A stretch of DNA of 64,000 nucleotides from Octopus vulgaris (taxonomy: Eukaryota): positions 75,764,001 through 75,828,000 of the forward strand of contig OX597817.1 in assembly GCA_951406725.2 (NCBI GenBank). The letters run 5' to 3'. Below, piece by piece: positions 40,400 to 52,959 of this stretch. The notes beneath the pieces were generated by a model. It made no database searches, had not been told where the DNA came from, and saw only the letters and a program-made list of their open reading frames with translations. The position numbers and the translations under genes were made by a program. Within the stretch, counting starts at the first letter, position 1; every line of letters begins with the position of its first letter.

Positions 40400-41510
40400 A
40401 ACTCGGAGGCGGCGTTGTCTCAAAAAAATTAACCCTAAATAGACAGATCCATCCCCTAAAGTCAACGTCCAAGATCGTCATGCCTCAATGATAACACAGC
40501 AAAATACAAACCGAATTGGTCGTCACCCGGTAAACCAAGGACCATGTACTCGAATGATGAACCAGATTCTATACGAAATACCAGCTACTTGTTCAAATCT
40601 TCCCGAAACACAGGAGCTGGAAGTACCCCACAACCGGGATATTCCAACAGATGGTCACCCATGCTCGTCATCAAATAGCCAAAGGAAAAAGAATGAAAGA
40701 TGTTCTAGGGAAGATAATAAAGAGATTCATACGGCCTTCTATTATGTCATATATTTTCCCACAAATATATCTAATACTGCACAAACCTACTTAAACTGGA
40801 AACAGAAATGCCTTGAAGTAAGACCCTGCATAGACAGTAACAAACTTGCTAACGCCAGAAGAAACATTATGAAAAAGAAATTGCTAACTGAATTGACCAA
40901 ATTAAACAATCTGTAAGGGATAAAAGGAACGAAGCTGCAGCTAAAGAAGATACTACAGAGGAAATAATTATAGACCAGCCTAGGGCTGATGAAAATGCAA
41001 TAATAATCGAAAGAGTTAATGTAACTGATAGGCAAAATGAAATACTCTCTGAAACTGACGCAACAGAACCACATGATCTAAAAAATAATATGATTAAATG
41101 GCAGAAAACTAAAAAAAAAACCCAATATGAATGAACGCGACACTCTCCCAAAAATTCGCAATTCTAAACAAAACCTGAAAATAATTGGTAAAATCCACCT
41201 TGCACTTAAGGATATAATTTCAGCTAATGATGTTGATCTCAACCACCTGTACTCAGATCTCAACCACTTATACTCAGATCTCAACCACTTATACTCAGAT
41301 CTCAACCACTTATACTCAGATCTCAACCACATGTACTATGCATCCGCGAAAATCTCAATGATTCTATGTTGTGAAAAGATTAGAAAATGACAACATTCCC
41401 ACAAACAGCCTACTTGGCAAGAACGTATTCAATACCAAATTCAGCTACTTAGGTCTGACAGAATGTTTAAAAAAACATAAGTTTGATAAGACTATCAAAT
41501 CAAAATAACC
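40400..41510 (+). mobile_element. Probable N-terminal ORF region of a Dong/R4-like element, decayed
   Basis: SREDNKEI...YY...W...P...KLANARRNIMKKKLLTEL and ERDTLPKI...NHMYYASA...PTWQERIQYQI resemble R4 N-termini. Starts downstream of a (TAA)n tract. Confidence 0.6.
41235..41337 (+). repeat. 21-bp minisatellite gatctcaaccacttatactca, ~4.9 units (in frame DLNHLYS)
   Basis: Direct reading. Confidence 0.95.
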
Positions 41511-41544
41511 CGAAAATGAAACCATCGATCATGTTACCTCCATT

Positions 41545-41970
41545 TGCAGTCTTATTGCTTGTCAGTTGCTTGAACATAACCAGTAGAGCATGTCCCCAAG
41601 TAGCTGACGATATATGCATCTCTGACCACAAGCAGAAGTAGTGGTGGAGCATCATAGCCATGTGTTGAGAGGAACTCTTTGGGGTTCGAATAATTCACCT
41701 GTGGAAACGTGGGAGGTTCGTTCATCATCCTTATTAAAAGACCTTTTGAATGGGATGGGCTACTGGACCCGAAGAAAAATTCTAACTGAGCCGACCCCAC
41801 GCAAGGTCATGTTTATTTTGATATGAGATTACCATGTCACGCTCATATGGTTGTGATACATGTGCCTATTCTGCTCTTATCAGATTGGTAGTCATGATGT
41901 GTATATTGAGCTTCGTATATTTGTACACCATCATCACTTTGATGACATGCGCTGATCTCTCAATCAATAA
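41545..41970 (-). mobile_element. Interspersed repeat adjoining a (TAA/TGA)n tract, class uncertain
   Basis: GC-richer non-coding block recognised from memory as a common octopus repeat. There is no second copy in this window. Confidence 0.45.
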
Positions 41971-42359
41971 TAAGAATAATGAAGATGATGATGAGGATGA
42001 TGATGATGGAGATGATGATGATATCATTATTATGATTATTATTGTCGTTGTTGCTGTTGTTAATTATATTGTTGTGTGTGAATTTTTTATTTGTAATGGT
42101 TATTGCGGTCGAACTGTTTAAACGTGTTTTGTTATCACTCGTAAAGATTATTTGAATTTACTGAGTGAAACTGCATAGAAGAATAATTCATTTTAAAGAC
42201 ATTCCCACAGAGAGAATTCTCATCAACTTGTAAGGCTATCTATGCAGTCTGAAAGAAAAAAAAGCCTGCTTTTAGAAAAATATCTATTTTTGTTATCGTA
42301 ATTTGCGTACACATACGTACAACATTGTGTCATGTAAAAGGCCTCTAAGCAAAAATAGT

Positions 42360-42750
42360 CTTTTCTACTCTAGGCTCAAAATTTTTGGGGAGGGGGCCAG
42401 TCGATTATATCGACCTCAGTACGCAACTGGTACTTAATTTATCGACACCGAAAGGATGAAAGGCAAAGTCGACCTCTGCGGAATTTGAACTCAGAACGTA
42501 ACGGCAGACTAAATGTCTATTTCTTTACTACCCACAAGGGGCTAAACACAGAGAGGACAAACAAGAGCAATCAAACGGATTAAGTCGATTATATCGACCT
42601 CAGTGCGTAACTGGTACTTAATTTAACGACCCCGAAAGGATGAAAGGCGAAGTCGACCTCGGCGGAATTTGAACTCAGAACGTAACGGCAGACGAAATAC
42701 GGCTACGCATTTCGCCCGGCGTGCTAACGTTTCTGCCAGCTCGCCGCCTT
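42360..42750 (-). mobile_element. Complete dimeric SINE family A
   Basis: Head ggcggcgagctggcagaaacgttagc, then two central domains, each with a different tail. Confidence 0.9.
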
Positions 42751-43034
42751 ATTAAGCCAGAATAATGAAGGTGAGATGGCTTCTGGGGTTCTGAAATGTA
42801 TGGATAAACAGAATGAACAACAATATTTTATGTTAAGAAGCATGCAACATTATAAAAGAAAAAAGGTTGAAGTAGGAAAACATTACTTTACTTATTTTTG
42901 ATCAATGAAAACATATAAATGGTCTGAAAAGAAATAGAAGCACTTTTTAAAGATTACTCAGATGCAGGTTATAGACATTAACCCATTCAAGTAGTGGGAT
43001 TGACTAACCACGCAGAATCAATAATATGACTGTC

Positions 43035-43390
43035 AAAATGCTCAGCGGCGTTTCGTCCGTCTTTACGTTCTGTGTTCAAATTCCGCTGAGGTGGACTTTG
43101 CCTTTCATCCATTCAGAGTTGATAAAATTAGTATCAGTTGAGCACTGGGGTTGATGTAATCGACTAACCCACTCCCCAGAAATTGCTGGCCTTGTGCCAA
43201 AACTTGACGCCAATGTTTAAGATAGTCAGCTGGCAGAATCGTTAGCACGCCGGATAAAATGCTTAGCGGCATTTCGTCCGTCTTTACGTTCAAATTCTGC
43301 CGAGGTCCACTTTGCCTTTCATCCTTTCGGGGTCGATAAAATAAGTACCAGTTAAGCACTGGGGTCGATGTTATCGACTAGCCTCCTCAC
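43035..43390 (+). mobile_element. Two tandem SINE family A copies
   Basis: ctttgcctttcatcc...gataaaat..gta.cagtt.agcactgggg occurs twice. Confidence 0.85.
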
Positions 43391-43426
43391 ACAAGTTTTC
43401 AAGAATTCTACTTATATTAGGAATGA

Positions 43427-43515
43427 TTCTTCTTCTTCTTCTTCTTCTTCTTCTTCTTCTTCTTCTTCTTCTTCTTCTTCTTCTTCTTCTTCTTCTTCTT
43501 CTTCTTCTTCTTCTT
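43427..43515. repeat. (TTC)n microsatellite
   Basis: Direct reading. Confidence 0.95.
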
Positions 43516-43682
43516 CTTCTTCTTCTTCTTCTTCTAAGAGTTGTAGAATCGTTAATTCTGCTACTCATTAGATTAATAGAATCAACCCCTGTTGACCACT
43601 AGGGTCGATGTAAATCGACTTAACCACTCACCCAACATTGTTGGCCTTATGCCAAAATTTGAAACCACTGTCATTGATGCTG

Positions 43683-43759
<77 letters not shown>

Positions 43760-44029
43760 CATTATTATTATTTAATTATTATTATAGCGGCAGACTAGTA
43801 GAATCGTTAAAGCGTTGAAGAAAATACTTAGTGGTATTTCTTCTAGTTCTTTTGCATACGGAGTTAAAATTCTATCTAGGTCAGCTATACCTTTCATTAC
43901 ACCTGGATCGATAAAATAATCAACGAAGGCAACATTCACATGCACGCAAACTTTTTACAATTGGAAAAATTCTAAATGGATTTATTATGAATAGAAGCAA
44001 TTTTGCTAGCAATAGAAACAATTTTGCCA

Positions 44030-44300
44030 TTCTTAGTCAGAATATGATTGGTTGTTTCTTCACAGCTTTAACATTTTCTGCGGGTATGTTGAATATTATG
44101 CTTTCGTCTTTGATTCCGTGGGTAATTTTTTACACAGGAAGTCTGATCTTTTGCCGCGAGCAAAATTACTTTTGGCTCAGTTTTGAGATCAGTTAGTGAC
44201 GAGTTTCTTCCTTCATCTGCAGTTGTTTTGTCCAATCTTCTCAAATGATGGTCACATAAGGGGCTTCATTGTCATCATCTTAGACTAACGTTCTATTGTT
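44030..44300 (-). mobile_element. Very old Dong/R4-like fragment
   Basis: LKTEPKVILLAAKDQT...RKC*SCEETTNHIL resembles LK.ETE..I.AAQDQ...CR.C...ET..HI. Confidence 0.55.
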
Positions 44301-46827
44301 CTAGTTTACCTTAGCTTTGTATTTTAAAACAATATTTTCTATTATTGTTTCTATGTTTTTTTTTTTGCCACGACTGTTTGTTACCTCAGGTACATTTTCT
44401 TATATATATATTTTGGCTTTCTTCAAGACAAAACATACCTTTTTAGTTTGAGTTATGTTTGCTGTTTCTGACAGCTTATATAAGGCGTGATTCAATTTTG
44501 GCGGAGGTCTTGCTTGAACTTCCACTTTCTTGTATCCCAAACACCGGCTGTGTCTTTGTGAAATGAGGGCTAATTTTTTGAAATATTTTTCGTACATTTT
44601 ATGCATAGAAGTCAAAAAACACTTTCCCCTATTTTTAGTTTTGGACCGAATAATAGGGTTTACATTTGCATCGTTTTCTTCTTAGTGTATGTGACGGGAA
44701 GTGAATATTTTTTCTGGTGATAGAACATGCGCTCCATTAGCGTGCTCACATGCCATTAGTGCAAATATTTGAAATGCATTACTTTTATGAGGCAAACAAT
44801 ATCACTCCGCTAAGTTAATGCAATAATTACTCGGGTGTCCTTCAAAATTTTCGTCCTTTCTTTTCGATTTTCATTGTTGTTAGTTCATCGATGCTATAGG
44901 ATATTTTTTCGGAGTCATAAACTAACGTTATCTCTTACTACTTGTTTACCTTCAATTCCTTTTACTACCTTCGATGCCCGTAATCAAGCTGTTTTATTCC
45001 TAACAATACAGATATCGTATATACGCATATATACATACATACCCATAAACATATACACACATGTATGAATAGATATAGGCATATATATATATACATATAC
45101 ATATGCGTACATACACACATATATTAGTGAGTTGCAAGGCAGCAGGAATCATGCAGTCAACTTCATTAGCTTATACCTGAGTGCTTGCGCATTATTCAAA
45201 GTTTCCGAGGAGTCATTAAAAATTTCCATGAGTCCTTAGAAGCTATAGAATGTTGCGCAAGCACTTAGCTCTGAGTGCATTGCTTTTCATGTAATGAAAC
45301 AACTGTAAAGTAATGGATATGGTTACATGATTCTTGTTTCCTTGCCATTCACTAATTAATATAACACTCTGTACTCATCCAAAGCATTACTTAAAAGTAT
45401 AAGCATATTGAGTTCTGAAAACTAATTATTAGTATCGCCTTGGCTAAACGAAATCGTTATGCATGCGTAAATACATACATACGCGCGCGCACACACACAT
45501 GCACACACGCGCGCACACACACGTGTATACATTCAATTTGCTGGGCGATTTACTTCTGCTGTTGATATATTTGTGTTTTTTTAAAATAATACATGCATAA
45601 GTTTCTTTGTCGTTTAGGGAGTCAAGCAATTAGACTTACCCAAATTGTGTAGTGGGGACAGCCGCAGAAACCTTCATATCTAATTAAATAACCCCTCATA
45701 CCCATATCTGTCTGAGCTGAGTAGTAAGGAAATTTCCAGAAAGCCTCGTATTTGAGGCATGTTAACCCCTCATAGCTATATCTTTGAAAGTTGTGCAGTG
45801 GGAATGTTATATCGCAATACTACACAGTGGCAGTGTGTGCTACGAAATCCTCGTCGCCACTGTTATATCGCACGTTCGGATGGCCTCTACGCAGCTCCCC
45901 GACGTCTGGACTTCTCCCTCTATATCTACGTATTGGGCTAGCCTACTTCATCGTCTGGGGGCGTAGACACAACAGAGGACTTCTCCAGAAATGTATGTGC
46001 CTGAGGTATTTTAATAAGTACCCTCATAGATATGAGTTAAGCTCAAGAACACGAATCCATTAAACACTTGCCAAACAGCAGATGAGTTGGTCTTCTGCGT
46101 GATACTTTTACGAGTAAGACACGTGTGAGGGTGACCAACAACGAAATGTCGCTTTCACTACACAATTCACCAATATCCCTGCAGGATGCCCGTAACATTA
46201 TTAACCAATTCTATTATTCCTTACAGATGTTACTTGTCACAATAATTTACTATTTAATTGTATTATTTTTCTTTCACTCTTTTGGTTTACTGAACGTAAT
46301 AGGAATTCAGTTGCTTCTAGATATGGGACTTGATATAATTTCTTTTCTCAAGGTGTCTTCATGCTTTCAAGTGGCAAGAATTTTAATTTAATATTTACTT
46401 CTATTAACAATGAATGCTATTCTCCTCATCAACTTAATTTTATCCGTCAAAATAACTGACGTTACAATCTTTATTCCACCCATGTAATCCCTGTATTTTG
46501 TGTATGTTCTCTAGATAATACTCGTATACAATTTTAGAAATTATTACATATTTATTTATCTCACCTAATAGTTCTTTTGTATTATTTCTTACAAATCGAT
46601 CTCTTGGCTTTTATTTTCTTCTTTCGCATGAACTTCAGCGTAAATGTCCGTACATGTCCGGCATTCATTATACAAGGAGGGTCATGTTTGTAGAATGCAT
46701 CTGAAGTCATATAGTCTGTAATATTCGCACAAACACTACCGAAGATAAGTAATAATTTTGTTTACGCCATAACTTCCTATAATTCCTCCTACGTATTTCT
46801 GAGGTATCACAACTGTATAGGCACACA

Positions 46828-46875
<48 letters not shown>

Positions 46876-47008
46876 TGTATATAATTACATACATACATAC
46901 ATACATACATACATGCATACATACATACATACATACATACATACATACATACATGCATACATACATACATACATGCATACATGTGAGTGTGAGATATGCC
47001 TGCGTGAG

Positions 47009-47040
<32 letters not shown>

Positions 47041-48454
47041 TGCAAAATAAACGAACAGAAGTAACTCACAGTAGAATGTGGCCTTTGAACAAAGGCGAAT
47101 AAAGAAGTAATACATAGCATAGAAGATAAAATCTTTTATTGAAATTATGTTAGCACGGAGAGAATTTAAACAAACACCTAGTGAAAATCGTATCCGACTC
47201 CAAATGAGAACGGGAGAAATCTTAAAAAGAAACAAGAAACGACCCAATTCTCCAGAATCAACATGCCATCATCTTGCCACTTCTGTTTCGGCGTGTATAT
47301 CAGAAAGTTACAGCCTACATTAAATTAAGATATATACACACACACATGCGCGCACACATATATAGAAGGAGAGAAAAGCCAAATACAGTAAGACTGATTC
47401 TTCAACTCACGAGTTCCAGAGGGTTGCTTGACTTGCTGAATGTATTGCATTCAATGTATCCATGAGATTAATGTATTAATGAAGTTAATGTATTTGTATA
47501 AATGAGGTTAATACGAATAAATTTTTTACACACGGGAAGCGTATTTGATTCAGTATTAACCAAATGTCAAGAAATTTTAACAAGGAATTAATTTATGTGG
47601 ATGCATGGTATTTTGCCATTGTTTAAGTACGCTTATAACCATCATACTCCAGTAAGCAGAACCCCTAAGTTTATATAACTCACTTATTGGTTACTACATA
47701 GAGAAACTAAAGCCAAAACAAAACAAACAAACGGAAGACGTAGTCACGAAACAGTGAAGCTCCTCAAAATGAGGTTTTTCAAAAGATGAGTCATTCAACC
47801 GTACGACAAAGATGACAGCATTTTTGTTTTATTCCTAAACATTGGTACCTTTTCAAGAATTGCCATGTAATGTTAGTTTTAATTCTTTGCTTCTTTGTTG
47901 CTTCTCTCTTTCATTCTTTCTTTTTCTCTTTGTTTCTGTATCTTTCTTTCTTTCCTTCTCTCTCTCCCTCTCTCTCTCTCCCTCGGTCTCTCACTCACTT
48001 TCTCTCTTTCCGTCGATTTCCTACGGCATTTTCACCAACGCCATGTTGTTTATTTTCTAGATGGCAGGTAGTGTCAGATTAATCTCTACCGTTTGTACAA
48101 GTGATTTCCAAACTATTTCACTGTGATTACTATTTTTAAATGGACGCTCTGATCGAAATGTTTTCTGTCATGACGTTAATGTGATAAACGTCACCATTTA
48201 CAATACATTTTATCTTCAGGGCACCTAAATTCATATTTTAATTCAGCCATTATATTTCTTGATATATTCGTAACATTTTTGCCTTGCAACTCTTAAGAAT
48301 ACGTGTCCGACATTTAGCTAAACTTCACATTTATTTTGGTGTTGTGAAAGAACTGGTGGCATTCGCGGTTTTTCGGAAAATAAGTTGGTTGGCTAAGGAA
48401 TTGAAAATTCATGTCATCACCACGATAGTTTTCACAGACGTGGGTGTGTGTGGA

Positions 48455-48632
48455 GGGCGTAGGCGTGGCTGTGTGGTAAGAAACTTGCTTCCCAACTACA
48501 TGGTTCAGGGTTCAGTCCCACTCTGCGTGGTACCTTGCGCAAGTGAAATCTACTATAGCCTCGAGCCGACCAAAGCCTTGTGAGGGGATTTGGTTGACGG
48601 AAACTAAAAGAAGCCCGTCGTGTATATGTGCG

Positions 48633-48731
<99 letters not shown>

Positions 48732-48960
48732 GTATATGTGTGTGTATGTGTGTGCGTGTGTTTTGTGACTGTGTTTGTTCCACACCGCCGATTGACAATC
48801 GATTCTGCTATGTTTACGCCACTGTAACTTAGCAGTTCAGCAAAAGAGACCGATAGAATAAGTAACAGGCTTAAAATCAAAATAAGAACAGGGGTCGATT
48901 CATTCGACTAAAATTTCTTCAAGGCAGTGCCCCAGCATGGCTGCAGTCCAATGATAGAAG
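48455..48960 (+). mobile_element. Full-length SINE family B with expanded internal microsatellite
   Basis: ggcgtaggcgtggctgtgtggtaag...cccagcatggctgcagtc. Confidence 0.9.
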
Positions 48961-49283
48961 ATTAAATGATTATATATTGGTTCTACAACAGTACATTATT
49001 TTTCTTAGTATTTTTAGTCGGGTGATTTGGAATTAGTAGATCTTTGGGGATCTTAGAGTGAGCTGGTTAAGTTATGTGGATGATGGGAAGGAAAAGCATG
49101 GGTGGTATTATGTAAGCAGTAATGTTTGTGTTTTGTTGGTAGTGGTGGGTGGGCGTTGCTGGGTAGTATTTCATAGTGGAGTCGTTTATGGTTCCGGGGA
49201 TGTCTGATCTCTGATGGACTTGTCGTTGCTGTTATTGGATGACGGAAAAAGATACTTTGATAAATTCTTTCCCATGAAACCAT

Positions 49284-49442
49284 CTCAATTTTGGGAAGAG
49301 GGTATTTTCAAGTTAACGGAAAGATGGAGACGCATTGTGCAACAAAATGGTTCATATTTGGTTGATTAAAAATGTAATGGCAAGTATTTATTGACCTTTT
49401 TCTTTCTTTAAAGAATCAGCACGAATTTTCCGGACAACCCAA
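49284..49442 (+). mobile_element. Mariner 3' end with TIR
   Basis: QFWEEGIFKLTERWRRIVQQNGSYLVD*, then aatcagcacgaattttccggacaacccaa|ta. Confidence 0.85.
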
Positions 49443-49559
49443 TATGTCTAATTAATGACACTAGCTTTCTTGTACGAAATTTTCCTTTTTTTGTCTTATT
49501 TATCATGCATCTATTTAAACGCCAGCCTCTACATACATCTAATGATGCATGTATTTCAT

Positions 49560-50015
49560 CTGGTGAAATTGTTGCTGTTGATATCTAGCTTGAAAATGTG
49601 AAGGGTTATATCTGTAGGGTATGGGGGAATGAACTGTGCTAAGGGTAAATGTACCAGATGATTGCAGTTTCGTAGGAAGGATGCTTCAGGAAATGAACAT
49701 GTTTTATAAGGAATTTGAATATTGAAACAGAATAGCAACGAAGAAGAGAGAAAAAGCTAGGCAAAGATAGAACGTGTGAAAGTGGTACATATTTTGTTAG
49801 TTTATAAGTACAGAAACCAAACTGTAGTAGCGATAGAATAGATTGAAGGGTGATATATTACATCGATGTGATAGTGTATATAACGTGATGCTGAATAAAG
49901 GTTTGCCAATCAGTCAAACATCTCGTTTTGTATGCGGTCAACAATGGATAGATACAGCAGCGCCATTCCAGATATGTGAGTAGTACTCGAATATGAATCA
50001 CGTTTGTCAACGTCA
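49560..50015 (-). mobile_element. CR1/Zenon-like LINE 3' fragment
   Basis: FEYYSHIWNGA, IVDRIQ, LSHRCNISPFNLFYRYY, TLHIFKLDIN. Confidence 0.7.
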
Positions 50016-50899
50016 GTAATTGTCCAAAGCTGATCTAATACACGCAAGAACATCTCCATCACCCCCACACATTCGCACAAAACACACAGGCACACATACG
50101 CTGTCTATCCTTTACACGCACCCCAAAAAGAGACATAAAATAAAAATCATGCATACACACACACTAGAGGAAAACACACACTCACACACACGCATAATAT
50201 ATTCTTTTCTATTTACATGCAGCATATGCTGAAGGACATTGCAATCTTCACCTGTCGATAATTTATCTGGATGACACTTGGCTGAAAGCAAGCATAAAAA
50301 AATATCCACCAAAGCAACAACGTGATACGACGCAGAAATGTTTACTTGTTCAAATTGCATTGCATTTCAAGGAGCGTGATAATATGGCTTTCAACTTCAT
50401 TAAGATCCCACGGAGATATCAGTTCCATATTTGATCAGTATTTTGGGTAGTTGCACCTGAATTAATGATCAACGCCAGAAATATGCATTTTTTTATTTAC
50501 CATATGTATATTTGTATGTACGTACGTATGTGTGTATGTATGTATGTATGTATGTATGTATGTATGTATGTATGTATGTATGTGAATATGTGCATGTGTT
50601 TATGTATGTATGTGTGTGTCAATGTGTACATGTGTGTATGTATGTATGTATGTATGTATGTATGTATGTATGTATATATGTACGTATGTATGTATGCTTG
50701 TATGTATGACTACATGTATGTATGTATGTATGTATGTATGTACGTACGTGTGCATGCATACAATAACTTTATTAAATTTTTCTTTGATTTTGAGAATTCG
50801 ATTTGGAGAACTTGTAGCTGGCCATTAACCAAATCGCAAGACTATTGTTTCAGTTAAAATAGTTATTGGGTATTTGTGGTCGTCTGAATTAATCAATGT

Positions 50900-50940
<41 letters not shown>

Positions 50941-50941
50941 T

Positions 50942-50982
<41 letters not shown>

Positions 50983-50988
50983 TGTATA

Positions 50989-51217
50989 AAGGATGTCCAT
51001 AAATTAGCTTTACAATTGGAAAAATTCAGAAAAAGAAATGAAAAATAAGGATAATTCAGCAGAGTTTATTGGCAGACAAATAAAGCTTTATTAGAGACAT
51101 CAGAACACTTCCACATATTAAAAGCATCAGAATAGTTCCATTGGTTGCACGCAACACATCTATAGGATATAATGCAAGAAATTGTGAATGCTGTAAAGAT
51201 ACCTTATGGACATCCTG
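50989..51217. mobile_element. Internally deleted Tc1/mariner-type element
   Basis: ta|aaggatgtccataa ... ttatggacatcctg|ta. Confidence 0.7.
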
Positions 51218-51244
51218 TACGTGTGTGTATATATATATATATAT

Positions 51245-51445
51245 GTGACTGCGTGTGTATCGTTGGCGATACGTCTTCCGTCTTCCCTTCCTTGGATCTT
51301 TCCTTTTCCTATGTTTCTAACGAAGAGCTCCGCTCGAAACGGTAAATCCTCCTTCTTTCTTTCCTTTCCTGAGCGTCTAATAATATTATACTTGTTCCCC
51401 GTCCACGCGTTGTTGTGTTTTCTCTTTGTGTTTTCATGTTTTGAT

Positions 51446-51450
<5 letters not shown>
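51245..51450 (+). mobile_element. Family H2 repeat with a decayed hammerhead (51313-51347), between TA tracts
   Basis: gttt-CTAACGA-a-GAGC tcc GCTC-GAAA-cg-gt-aaat. Aligns with 20205-20403. Confidence 0.75.
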
Positions 51451-51519
<69 letters not shown>

Positions 51520-51523
<4 letters not shown>

Positions 51524-52483
51524 TTGAGTAGAAAAATGAAATATCTTTTTATGGATAATTCGTTTAACCGATACCTGGGTAGCAAATTCACATCAGAAAT
51601 AACACGGTTGAAGTTACGTGCCTAGGGCAGGGACTACGTGTTTTCGTGTGGAAATTTGTGTGTATTTTTATAAAATTTATGAATAAATGAAAGAATGGAG
51701 TTGAACGACAAATTAACAAATTTGTGCTTGCACTGGAGAAAACACACCTTTCACTCATATGAATAATGACTAATATAGATAACCCCCTTGAATTTTAATT
51801 AATATATTTCCATTTATATATTTCACCCCTTTAGTTTAAAAAAAAAAAGTTATGCTTTCAAACACATACTACCCAATCCATTGAGGTTTGTTTTGCCTTT
51901 GTCCCAATACCTCGCCCTCCTCTTTCTTTTTCTCTCTCTTTCCCTCTATCTATAGTAATCAAGCACACAGACACATATCTGCTACAACACCACTATCAGT
52001 TTTTTTTTTACATCTACCCATCCACATACACATTCACGCACACACATACACACACATAGGTATTAATACAGTTATATTCATTCACTCACACAGACACTCA
52101 TTCACAAAAGAATTTAACAAAACCCACAATACATACGACCTGTTACAAATCACCTTACTTTTCTTAGGCCTCTCTCCCCCTACTTCGTTTGAACTCTTGA
52201 ACCTTTAGAACCTTCTAGAATTTTCTACATTCAACCAGTTTGACGTCACTCCTTATAAAGGAATATTAAAGAGACACTCATTATCGCTATGCGCTCCGTG
52301 AGAGCAGTCATCTGAAAGTTTTTGTGAATCTTGATGTTGACATAAATTCCTTGTTTTTCCTGATGAGAAAGCGGCATAATGTACTCCTTATTCCTTCACA
52401 ATTAGGAATATGCAGCCTTCGAAACATATGTCGAAAATAAAGGAAATTTGTTAATTTGTCGTTCAACTCCATTCTTTCATTTA

Positions 52484-52490
<7 letters not shown>
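51520..52490 (+). mobile_element. Penelope-like remnant of ~970 bp between two long (TA)n tracts, with inverted 5' segment
   Basis: Perfect 45-bp inverted repeat 51679-51723 / 52444-52488, hammerhead near the 3' end, and TATA-like ttataaag at 52253. Confidence 0.7.
52347..52445 (+). ncRNA. Type I hammerhead ribozyme with intact core and extended helices, predicted cleavage after GUC at 52432
   Basis: ttcctt-gt-ttttc-CTGATGA-gaaagcggcat...atgcagccttc-GAAA-CATATG-TC-gaaaa-ta-aaggaa. Confidence 0.88.
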
Positions 52491-52556
<66 letters not shown>

Positions 52557-52959
52557 ATGCATATATATATATTTATATAAATAAAGATAAGATCGATATT
52601 TAAATACTGATCTTATCACGTGGCCAGCATGGGAATAAAAACCTTTAAAGGTAATAGTTATTAAAATTATAATTTAAAGTATATAAGAGATACCAACACG
52701 CTGGAAATAGCAGTTAAAACTTGACTCTAAAACCACATTAACTGTTCATACACCACCAGGAGAGAAGACAAAGAGACAAAATAAACTAGCAAAAAAATTA
52801 CTGGATAATTCCAGATCCCGGATATTTGGCTCTGCTATTTTCAGCGTGGTGGTATGTCTTAGATACCCTAAATTATAATTTTAATATATATATGTGAGAT
52901 CATACTTCCACGTGGTGAGTCTTTGTCTCCTAGTGCCTCTGCCCTGTTCGACGATTTTT

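Noticed and set aside
41235-41337. CRISPR-like array
   Set aside because: Head-to-tail repeats without spacers, in a eukaryotic context.
45824-45875. HDV-like ribozyme (P1-like stem enclosing tcctcgt)
   Set aside because: No GG for P1.1 after P1, and no identifiable P2 or J4/2.
51724-51870. GIY-YIG endonuclease C-terminus in the Penelope-like remnant
   Set aside because: Only a faint LEKTHL resemblance with stops and frameshifts. It needs a translated profile search.
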